Below are positions 25,012-36,469 of a stretch of 64,000 nucleotides of DNA, piece after piece (positions within the stretch are counted from its first letter, which is position 1; every line of letters begins with the position of its first letter). Made by a program: the position numbers and the translations under genes. The DNA is from Octopus vulgaris (taxonomy: Eukaryota), in assembly GCA_951406725.2 (NCBI GenBank), contig OX597815.1, positions 100,998,001 to 101,062,000 on the forward strand. Direction: 5' to 3'. Under the pieces are notes generated by a model. The model saw nothing but the letters and a program-made list of their open reading frames with translations, did not search any database and was not told the DNA's origin.

Positions 25012-27504
25012 TATATGTATGTTTGTGTATATTTGTGTCTCCTTTTCTTGACATCATGTGTAGTCGTAAGTCATTGTCACTGTCATACAAGCAGTGTCAT
25101 TCATTTCCAGTATACTGTGAAAACATGTCTGGTTATGAGGAAGTATTATCTTGGTTGGTAACAAGTGAGGGTTGGTGATGGCAAGGGCATCCAACCATAG
25201 ACAGTCTGCCTTAATAAATTCTATCTGATCCATGCAAGCATGGAAAAGTGGATGTTAAAATGAAATGATAAATGATGTATGTGTATGCTTGTGTCTCCTT
25301 ATCTTGATGTTGCATAATAGTTGTGTGTGAGTAACACAATAATGCAGGCGGTATCTTTTATTTTCTCTCTTCTGTGAAAATATGTCTTGTTCATGGGGAA
25401 ATATTGCTTTACTTAGAAAAAGGTTAGGGTTGGTGACAGAAAAGCATCCAGCCATAGAAAATCCATCTTGTCCAACCCATACTAGTATCGAGAAGTGGAT
25501 GTTAAAAAAAAACTGAAAACATTGATGACATTGTACTATGTAACTGATTTGCAACTTTAACCAGCTACAATACTGGCATCATAGGCAGTTGTACAAATCT
25601 CACATCAGTCATTATGTTATGTTACCAATGCTCTGATTCTGCTTTCTGTGTTTCAACCATAAAATGAGGGTTATATCTGATTAACACAGCTACCTATGCA
25701 TTTCACAGTTAAATGGTTAGTTGTAGGAAGGATTTGTCCAATCTTTTCCATGAAAAGTGTACATATGTCAGTGAATCAGAAAGTAATACAATTTTTTATT
25801 TGCATAACTGTCTGACTCACCCTCTTATAATAAAGATAATGGGAACATAAGTAAGATGATATCATATTTGTGAGGCAAATTTTAATTGTGGAAAGAGCTA
25901 ATGAGTCATTCAGATTACTCTGTCAAATGTGATACTTATTTATTTACATTGTTTTGAATTAGTCCTGCATTATTTTGTAGCTTCAAGATTTCAATGATGT
26001 GATTGTTTATTTTTAGAATAACATTGCAGGGTAAGTGTGAGAGGCCAAATCTGGCTGGCTTGAACATAAAATGGGTAGAACATTTAGGCCAAATATAGCC
26101 ATTTTAAGTGAGTGTGAGATTGATGCTGCCTGACTAATTTTACATTATTGTAAATTCAGATCTTACTGCTGTAATTATATTGTACTCTCTATGTGAACTT
26201 TGTCTTTCACCCTTCTGGTATCAACAGAATAAAGTATTAGTCATTTACTGAGGTCAGTTTGTGCTTTTGTGTTTATGTTAGATATTAAGCTGTTCTCCTG
26301 AGCTAAACAACTAATTTCTGCTTTGTCCATTTGATCTGACTAAAGAATGAAGCAGGCTTATTATTGCCTTTCCATAAATGGAAACTCCGAGTTATGAAAC
26401 ATCCAGCAGTTATATGTCATGTTTATGTGAGATATATAAACGTTTATTTGGAATTCACTATCCTATTTATCTTTCATCTTTTGCTTGTTTTGGTCATTAG
26501 ACTGTGGCCATGTTGGGGCACTGCCTTGATGAATGAATCAACTCTGGTACTTATTCCATCAGTCTCTCTTGAGAACTGCAAAGTTATAGGGGTACAAACA
26601 CAACAACACGAGTTGTCAAGCAGTGGTGGGAGACACATACACACACACACACACATGCACACATACATACACATTTATATAAATAAAAGTGATATTCTGT
26701 CTGTCCCTCTGGGATTCCTGTATCTCAGTCTACATTTTGGTCTACATAAAGGTCTTGGAATCAGGATGATCCCGATATTGAAAATCTGACCTTCATTTGA
26801 TTCTTGAACATCCAGCATTAGGATCTGATGTAAGAGTATTTGGCTGTTATTTCTAGCTAATAGAACAACTATGAGAGGTTTCAAACGGTTTGCAAGAGTT
26901 ACCTCCCTTAGCTATAATACTAAACATGACATTCTGTGTCAGAAAACTGACCAAAACTTTTTGAATTTAATACTAAAACTTTGTGACAGTTACCTCTGTT
27001 ACCTACAATAATAAACGTTACATTCTATCTGTCAACCACTGTTTCTTTACAGTGTACACCAAATTTCACAGTGACACAAAATTCTCCAATTGTGATACTC
27101 TGTGATGTTAATCTGAGATGGTAGGGTACCAATAAATGTTTTATTACTATTGCTCTCTCCAGTTTGGGGCTGATAGCCCAATCAGCCCTCTGTAGGAGCT
27201 TGTGTATAAGTCTGCAATGAGTGCAGCTTTCAGTATCCATCTATGAAATCCACTCACAAGGCTTTGGTTGGCCCAAGGTGCCATGAAGTGGGACTGAACT
27301 TGGGACCATGTGGTTGGGAAGCAAACATCTTACCCCACACCTATTTACTTTATATACTTTAATTTACATCTGTTTCTCTCTATTTTGTTAGTGTTTTCTT
27401 GGCTCTACTCAGTCCTCATCCAGCTAACATATGATTGTAGGTGTTCTAACAATGACCAGCCCTTTTATTTCAGTATCATATATCTAAATTGTCTAATATG
27501 CATA

Positions 27505-29770
27505 TCATCATCATCATCATCATTTAACGTCAGCTTCCCATGCTGGCATAGGTTGGATGGTTTGACTGAAGACTGGCATGGTTTCTACAGCTGGATGCCT
27601 TTCCTAATACCAACCACTCCAAGAGTGTAGTGGGTGCTTTTTATGTGCCACCAGCACGAGGGCCAGTCAAGTGGTTCTGGCATCGACCACGCCCGAATGG
27701 TGTTTTTACATGCCACCAGCATAGGAGCCATTCAAGTGGCACTGGCAAAGACCACGCTTAAATGGTGCTTTTTATGTGCCATTGGCATGGGACCAGTCAG
27801 GTGGCATTGTCAACGACCATGCTGAAATGATGCTTTTTACGTGCCACTGGCACGGTACTGGCATCAGCCACAACAATGATTTCACTTGACTCAGCAGGTC
27901 TTCTCAAGCACAGTTTGTTGCTCAATGATTGAAAGGTACTCTTAAATGGGCCGGTTATGCTATACTGACATAGGCCATGGTTACAGTCTCATTTGGCTTG
28001 CCAGGTCTTCTCAAGCACAGCATATCTCCAAAGGTCTTGGTTGCTTGTCATTGCCTCCATGAGGCCCAACGTTTGAAGGTCGTGCTTCACCACCTCATCC
28101 CAGGGTTTCCTGGGTCTACTGCTTCCACAGGTTTCCTCCACTGTAAGGGCATGACGCTTTTTCACACAGTTGTCCTTATCCATATGCAATACATGGCCAT
28201 ACCAGCACAGTCGTCTCTCTTGCACACCACATTTGATGCTTCTTATATCCAACTTTTCTCTTAAGGTGCTTACACCCTGTCATGTATGTACACTGACACA
28301 TCCAGCTGAGAATACTAGCTTCATTTCTTGCAAGCTTACACATGTCCTCAGCAGTCACAGCCCATGTTTCACTGCCATGTAGCATGGCTGTTTGCACACC
28401 TGTGTCATACAGTCTACCTTTTACTTTGAGTGAGAGGCCCTTTGTTACCTGCAGAGGTAGGAGCTCTCTGAACTTTGCCCAGGCTATTCTTATTCTAGCA
28501 GCTATGCTCTCAGAGCATTCACCCCAGCTACTGACTTGGTCACCTAGGTAATGGAAGCTATCAACTACTTCTAGTTTTACCTCCTGACATGTGACGGAAG
28601 CTGTTTTCTGTATATTTTCAATGTTTATTGTCCCTGTGCATCTGCCACACACAAAAACTATCTTCCCAGTTAGCCTTCCTTTGATATTGCTGCACTTCTT
28701 ATGTGTCCATAGCTTACACTGGGTACATCTTATGGAGTTTCTACCTACGCCTTTTCTACAGATTGAGCAGGGCCATCTACCTGAAGGGATTTGTGATTTG
28801 TCTGCTAGATTCACTCTGAGGTCCTTTGATTCTAGACCTTGTTTCCACACCTGAAACTTCTCCTCTAGTTCTAATAGTGACTCAGCTATTAGAGCAAGGT
28901 CATCAGTATAGAGAAGCTCTCAGGGGCATCCTGTCTTGAATTCCTTTGTTATTGCCTGGAGGACTATGATGAATAAGGGGGTGTTGAGGACTGATCCTTG
29001 GTAGATCCCTACCCAGAATTCTTCACTATACTCATTGCCAGCCCTCTCCTTACTGACAGCATCCTTGTACATGGCTTGTACAGCTTTTACTAACCACTCA
29101 TCTATCCCTAGTTTTCACATTGACCATCAGATAAGGAATCGGGGTCCCTGTCAAAAGCTTTCTCCATGTCAACGAAAGCCAAGTACAGAGGTTTATCTTT
29201 GGCTAAGTATTTCTCCTGCAGCTGACTTACCGGAAATATAGCATCAATGGTGCTTCTCCTTGGCACAAACCCAAACTGCATTTTGTCTAAACTAACTCTC
29301 TCCCTAATTAGTTGGGCTATGACCCTCTCTGTGACTTTCATTACCTGATCCAACTACTTGATACCTCTGTAATTATTTATATCTAATGCATCACATTTAC
29401 CTTTGTAGCAGTTGACTATGGTGCTGCTATACCAGTCATTGGGTATGACTCCTTCATGTATCACTTGATTGACTATATGGATGACTAGATTATAGCCGAC
29501 ACTGCCAAATATTTTAAGCATTTTTGCAGTGATTCCTGATGGGCCAGGGGCTTTCCCTGTCTTCAAACCCTTAATTGCTTTATCTACCAAGGTACTGTCA
29601 ATTTGGATAGCTAGTCCATTTGTTGGGTCAACATTTAGCAGACTCTCTTTCTCTTTGTTTAGCAACCTTTCATAGTATAGTGGTATCTCCAAGTCTCTCT
29701 CTTCGCAGCCTCATTAAATGCAAGTGAGCCATCATACATGCGGACATATTTCTCTTCTATGACATCATGA
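27505..29770 (-). mobile_element. 5'-truncated RTE LINE (RT, PHD finger, 3' UTR and (GAT)n tail), degenerate
   Basis: GKAPGPSGITA, NNYRGIK, QFGFVPRRSTIDAIF, AFVDMEKAFDR, CSIC...CTQC..WTHKKC...CGRC, RLCWYGHVLHM, RPRKPWDEVV. Confidence 0.93.
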
Positions 29771-30170
29771 TTCTCTCTCTCTCTCTCTCTCTCACATACA
29801 CACACACACATACCTTTTTTTTTTGATAAAATAGGTGAAATTTGAGGGAGATTTTGTGGCTACTTTATGTGGGTTTAATCAGCATATAGAGGCTCCTTCA
29901 TTGCTTGTATCAATCTACCTCACTCGTATTAGTTTCTAACTGTTATCCTGTATTCATCATTATCATCATCATCATTGTCATCATCATCAATAACGTCTGT
30001 TTTCCATGCTTGCATGGGTTGGACGGTTTGACTGAGGTCTGGAGAGCCAGTGGCTGCACCAGGCTCCACTCTGGTATTATATTTAGCTTTTGCTGCAAAA
30101 TAACTGTTCACTTTGTAGATTTCTGTGTTCAACTACATATTGAGATTTTGTTGTTTCTGTTTTGTTCCAG

Positions 30171-30323
30171 ATAATGGTAACAGTTCTCTAAATGTGTGTG
30201 CTCCAGTAGCGTTGACAAATAACATGTCAGAAAGCAGCAGTAGTAGTTCTTCATCAAGTGGCAGTGATGTGTCTAGTGATTCAGAATCAGACAACTCTGA
30301 TTCAGAGGGAGGACCTAACAAAG
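30171..30323 (+). CDS. EAF: EAF exon 5, Ser/Asp/Glu-rich region (MSESSSSSSSSSGSDVSSDSESDNSDSE)
   Basis: Acidic serine-rich segment typical of the EAF activation domain. ttccag and gtaaac boundaries, phase 1-1. Confidence 0.88.
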
Positions 30324-31092
30324 GTAAACATTGTTTCAATTTGATGATTCGATGAATTTTGTAAAGATATTCCTCAGAAACTGCTTGATGGTTTTCCAGT
30401 TAACAAACTAAACAATCGTACCTCCTTCCATGTCAAACAACTAATGTACTCAATAGCAAATTGAATTTTCTGTCAGTTTTGGGGATGAATATTCCAATTG
30501 TTTGATAAACAAAACTACCAACTCATTGCTTTATTGTGTAAGTAGCTGAGTGTTTAAAATGTATTTGAGTCATTGTTGTAATTCTGAGGTTAACTCAACA
30601 TGACACACTGTGAAAATTCTGGCCTCCTGTATATTTTTAGAATGATATTGTAAGGTAGGTATGAAAGGTTGGATCTGGTCAGTTTTAACACGAAATAAGT
30701 AGAATATTTGGGCTTCATTAAATGCTAAATGGTTAATCTGGCCCTACTTTCAGTGAGTCAGTGGCCAGCAAGTTGACAAACCTCTTTCACTGGGATTGCT
30801 GTTTTTAATTTTTTACTTCTTCATTTTCCACTTTCTCCTGGTCTTTCCTCCTCTTTTATTGCACTGTCTGAAGTACAATATCCAAAACATTTTAGAGATT
30901 AACTATTTTCATTTCCCTGAGTGTCGAGCATGTAACATGGTTTGTGAACTCATTCCACTTTTTGTTGATTTTTATTTGCCAAATAGATACATATGTGTGT
31001 GTGTGCGTGTGTGTTTTATTAAGTATGTTGCTCGTGCCAATAATTATGTTTATTTTCCTATTTTAAAAATCTTATTTGATATTTTTCTTCAG

Positions 31093-31140
31093 ATACTCCT
31101 GCTCCATGTGATGTTCCATCGAAAGACCTTAGTACGTTAA
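31093..31140 (+). CDS. EAF: EAF exon 6 (DTPAPCDVPSKDLSTL)
   Basis: tttcttcag acceptor and GTAAGT donor. Phase 1-1 links exons 5 and 7. Confidence 0.75.
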   Translation: MLLLHVMFHRKTLVR

Positions 31141-32269
31141 GTAAGTATAATTTATTCTCATTTTTTTTTCATATGCAAGAAGGTGTTGAAAAGTCCATGG
31201 CTTTAAGGGTATTGTGAAAGGCTTGGTTGGGGGCCCAACCTTCCAACAGCTGCAATAAGTCTGTAAATCTAAGAAGGGAATCTGTTGTGATCCTCCTGTA
31301 TTCTCTTTTACCCAAAGCCAGGAACTTTTCAGCACCCCTTCATATTCATTATGGTCATTGTAGTGTAACATTGACCAACACATTTAACTCTCCTTGCTTT
31401 TATGTATCTTACTGACATGGAAAAAGGTTCTTTATTTACTTCAGTTTCATTTTGAGTGGTATATCTAACATATGACCCAGTGTAACATTACCATCACCAG
31501 TCATAGTGTGCAGTTCCCACTGTATTGTAACAATTCAGGTCATCTGTGGCCTTCTCCCCCTCTTCTCACTAGCTTGTATAAAGAACTTCCTACTCTGTTT
31601 GATAGGTTGTTGTTATTTAAACTGTGGTTAGCTCTGTTCAGATATGTTGTTGATCAAATGAGTTCCAGTTGTGACTGTTTTACCTTTTTTTTTGCATAAT
31701 ATATCTAAGATTACATCATGTAGTATTTACTTCATTTTTTTAAGATGGTAGGGCATGATTTGAAAGAGGTTTGGCTGCTATTTCTCCATTTGAGTGACCA
31801 CATAAAAGCTCCCTCAGTGGCTAAGAACATGCAGCTATCAAAAGTATTTTTACTGTTTACATCCATTCTTCAATGTGTGAGAGATGGTTAATTGTTAGAG
31901 TAGTTGTTGGGTGCCCTTCCTGCTATGATCACTGTAGCTGTGAAGTAGTTGAGTTGTACTTTGTTCAAGGGTAGTACATGTTAGTTACTGAAATAATATT
32001 TAAACTTATAAGAATGTATTAGAAATGAAAATGTATTAACAAGGCACATTATGAATTAGTTAGTTGCTAAGTGAAATTATCTGTTAAAAGATCTGATCTC
32101 AAGATCCTGGACTTCGCAAAAGAGATGATAGACCACAACAAGTAGTGAAGCTAGTTTAACCCTTTAGTGTTCAGATTAATCTATCGAATGCAATGTTTAT
32201 TTGTTCACATTATTTTGAATTATTCAGGTTCAATATTTGCTTGTAACTTAGTTAATTTTTTACATCATT

Positions 32270-33045
32270 ATCATCATCATCATTGTTTAACGTCTGCTTT
32301 CCATGCTAGCATGGATTGGACGATTTGACTGAGGTCTAGTGAACCAGATGGCTGCACCAGATTCCAATCTGATCTGGCAGAGTTTCTACAGCTGGATGCC
32401 TTTCCTAACGCCAACCACTCCGAGAGTGTAGTGGGTGCTTTTATGTGCCACCAGCATGAGGGCTAGTAAGGCAGTACTGGCAGAGATTTTGTCAGTGGGG
32501 TGCTTATCTACCAGTGGATTATAGTTATGTAATTTTAACTGATCTTGCTGATTAAATTTGACTTTTATGGGCAGGTAAATTTAATTAATAGGTATAAAAG
32601 CAATAACATGTATAAACACTATATTTGAAATTCTTAATGCATCTTACCTGTTTGATTTGTTACTAAAATTATCCCAGATGTCAACTGCCAACAATTTTGA
32701 ACCTTTTCAAGATGAGATAGATTAATTTGAATTAGCCGGTGGCATGCTGTGCCAGTGGTTCGTAAAAAGCACCATCTGTATGTGACCGATGCCAGCGCCG
32801 CCTTGACTGGCTTCCGTGCTGGTGGCACGTAAAAGGCACCAACCGATCATGGCCGTTGCCAGCCTCCCCTGGCACGTAAAAAGCACCCACTACACTCATG
32901 GAGTGGTTGGCGTTAGGAAGGGCATCCAGCTGTAGAAACACTGCCAGATCAGACTGGAGCCTGGTGCAGCCTCCTGGCTTCCCAGACCCCGGTCGAACCA
33001 TCCAACCCATGGAAAACGGATGTTAAACGATGATGATGATGATGT
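32270..33045. mobile_element. Two RTE 3'-tail copies in opposite orientation (minus ~32270-32485, plus ~32735-33045)
   Basis: The same tail (ggcgttaggaagggcatccagctgtagaaac...aaacgatgatgatg) occurs on each strand. Confidence 0.85.
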
Positions 33046-33875
33046 ATAATCAGTACAAGATTTTATTCTTTCTCTGTTTCATTCAAACATTTTCATTGTA
33101 AATAAAGTACAAAACTCTTTAACTAGTCAATATACCATTGGCTATGTACTCTTATACAATTTAATGAATACATTTACATAACAGAATGCATCTAATAAAA
33201 AATACTCATTAACAGGCGAGGCAAAGGTGAATACAGGTGTGTAACATACTGAAAATTAATCTGTATTTCTCACTTTCACATTATTTGTAATAAAATGAAA
33301 GGAATACATGATAGTATTACTATCAAACAACAAAATATAGTTATGCCATATTTCTATCAGGAAGCTGTCCAAAACACCCTTTACACAAAGGCATTTTGCA
33401 AAACAAACCCATATGAGGTCTCGATATCCTTTTGCAGTTTTTCGTTTTTTACAACAAACACTCTGCAAAATTTTTCCACTTTATGGAAGTCAATATTTTC
33501 TCTGATGACATCCACCCCAGTTAATTTTACTTTTCTCTTAGTTCTGTGCTTTCTGGAAGTAAAGCCCTCATGTCACTGAGATGCGATGTCAGCCCAAAAT
33601 TTCAAATTGTCATTGACCTTTGGTTGGTGGAGGTACCTTGTGGCTTTTTACATATACAATACTAGCAGTATTGCCTGGCTCGTGCGCATTAAATGTAGCA
33701 GTGAAAAATAAAGAAAACAAAACGACAAAATATTGATATAAAATATCTAGATAGTTACCATTTTCTTTTTTTTGCTATCAACTATGTGAATCCCCAACCT
33801 CCTCCTCCTCCTCTTCCTCCTCCACCAGAAAGTGTATCTCATTGTATATTTTATTCTCTCTTTCTATTTTTCAAG

Positions 33876-33919
33876 GTGAAGACTTACATTTGACTGAATC
33901 AGGCAGTGACAGTGAATGA
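33876..33919 (+). CDS. EAF: EAF terminal coding exon (SEDLHLTESGSDSE*)
   Basis: Matches the conserved EAF C-terminus (DLQLSESGSDSD). Long polypyrimidine tract and AG acceptor. Confidence 0.92.
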
Positions 33920-34439
33920 ACCCTCACGAATGTGGCTCTGTTTAACTAAACTTTGGCTGTGACATTTCTCTAATGACTGTCATCACGTGTTCTTTCTTCT
34001 ATTGATCTCACTTTTCATGCATTCACATTGTTGATTGTATCATCTATCATCACTAGAAGTTATATAGTGGTCTAGAGATCAGAGGAACAGGTCATCATTG
34101 TATGAAATAAACCATTTCTTTTTAATTATCTGCAATTGTATTCTGTCTTTTGCTATCATCCTCCTCCTCATCATCATCATTGTGTACTGGTGATCCCAGT
34201 TGACAAATTTCCCAGTTCACCAAAATCTATCACCTCATTTCTTTAATCTCTGGTTATAACATTTGGGTAGATGAGCTTGTGACTTTTCCCACCAGCTGGT
34301 TGAGGTCTTTGATGAAAAAATGATGCTAGCTCACTTTTTGCTCTAAACCAGTACAAATTCTACCCTATGTTGTTTAATTGTTTGTGAGATGAGTGGTAAA
34401 GTCCAGTAAATTGTTTAGTGTTTAATGTTTTGAAAGCCT

Positions 34440-34570
34440 TAAGTAATTACATTCTAAACTGTATGCATGATTTTAAGTACCTAGGTTCATATATTATGAT
34501 CTCAGAAAACGATTTCCTCACCCGGAAGGTAACAGTATGTTCAGCTTGCAAAAATTTTAGCCAATTGTTT
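34440..34570 (+). mobile_element. Old LINE RT fragment in the presumed EAF 3' UTR
   Basis: DFKYLGSYI...DFLTRK is similar to the LINE RT FKYLGS motif. Confidence 0.55.
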
Positions 34571-36469
34571 GACACTTTTAGAAATGTAGTCTTTTTGACT
34601 ATAGCCAAAAAACACAGCAAAATAGTACACTTTAAATAACTGTCAATCAATGGTGATATAAACCACAGATTTTTTAAAACTTGCAGATGGGGCAACTCAG
34701 TTAATTTTCATCATCATCATCATCATCATCATCGTTTAACATCCACCTTCCATGCTGGCATGGGTGGGACGGTTTGACAAGGGCTGGCCAGGCAGAAGCC
34801 TGCACCAGACTTATGTAACTGCTTTGGCAGGATTTTTACAGTTGGATGCCCTTTCTAACACCTACTACTCAGCAGAGTGGACTTAGTGCTTTTTATGTGG
34901 CACAAGCACAGGCGAGGTCAGTTTTGGCAAGGTTTTTACAGCTGGATGCCCTTCCAAACACTAATCACTTTACAGTGAGGACTGGGTGCTTTTAAGTGGT
35001 ACTTGCACTGATAGGGTCACCAAATACTTGCAAGACACCCCGCCTTTTTTTTTAGATGAAAGGTGACATTGGAGGAGGCAATCTTGTGTCAGATGATGAA
35101 AGGTTATAGTGAGGCACAGAGACAGAAATGGGTGTCTTGCAATAGAGGAGGTACAGGGTTACCCGGTGGAAAGAGAGAGAGAGAGAGATCAGGAATGAAG
35201 ACAGAAACCGGTGTGCTACTACAAAGGAAATACAGGGTTACCCAACTTGGGGGAGGTGCAGGAGAAGGAGAGAGAGAGAGAGAGGGAGTTACGATTTAAC
35301 TAATTATGCTAATTAGCTCACTTGTGTGCTAAAGAGCATTTGTATGAATAGTAAAGTTCTGATTTCTTGCAGGGCTTGCCATCTTCCAAAATCACCCAAA
35401 AACTATCAAAACTATTCAACTTCTGTTGTATAATTATGCTGTAAATAGCTCGTCAGTTAACCAGCAACATTCAAAACCAAACATGGAACACAGTTTTTGC
35501 TTAATAAAATTAAAGGTAATGGGTATGGCTAAGTATAGATGACAGTAAGGTCCTGAACAAAAATCAACTTGAGTAAAGTTTGGCAGTGTATAAATACAGT
35601 AAAATATTGTTTATTTATCTTGTTTACTAAACCCTTTAAAAATAATGAATTCAGAGTCAGCTGTGTCAGCAAACAGTACAGCTCTTTTGCACTTGTGTTT
35701 ATGCAGACACTTTTCCATGAAGCCCTTCATTTTTTTTTTTTTTTTACAGTTGTAGCACTAAGCACATGATCATCTTTGACCACCAGGGAGTCTCTGATTG
35801 CTGCAAATGCAATACTCTTTGTTTTTACAATCAGGAATAATCTGAATTTTTCATTCCTTGAGTGATTTCTGACATTCTTTTGCCATGCTGAGGTTCTTTA
35901 GCTTCTGTTTGTTCTTGGACTAGTGTTTCAATCACACCCACAAAACATTACACTCAAAGGACTGAACCTCAAATGTATAATGACCATACAAAATATATAC
36001 ATTTACTGCTAAAAAGTTCATGATACTGAAAATCATTTTTTTTCAATATTTAAAAGTTCAACATAACCTTATGTCACCTTGACTAATGTCTCCCATATAG
36101 GTGTTATAATAGCAAACAACTTTTGGAACCAGCACCACCCATATAATTTCTTGTTATGACACTATATTTATATATTTCAAGCAGTATCTTTTGATGAAAG
36201 GAGAATCCATGGATTGTTCTGAACCTGCTTTTCACTTGAATTTATTTTGTATGTAAGGTACTCTATCCTGCCGCTCTTTTTACAATGAACATAACATAAT
36301 ATATGAATAAAGGCAGTTCGCAATAATATTCAGCTTATAAACATTTAGCACTTTTCTCCATCACTTATAATGACTCGAATATTTTCAGAACCTGGCCAGA
36401 ACTTTCAAGTTGCACTTTTTAGTAATTTAAATTGTTAGGATGATATTTTCTCAGCTTTGTAGATAGAAA

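Noticed and set aside
27163-27220. Extra EAF exon after tctctctccag
   Set aside because: No EAF similarity and no convincing phase-compatible donor. Exons 4 and 5 already join in frame.
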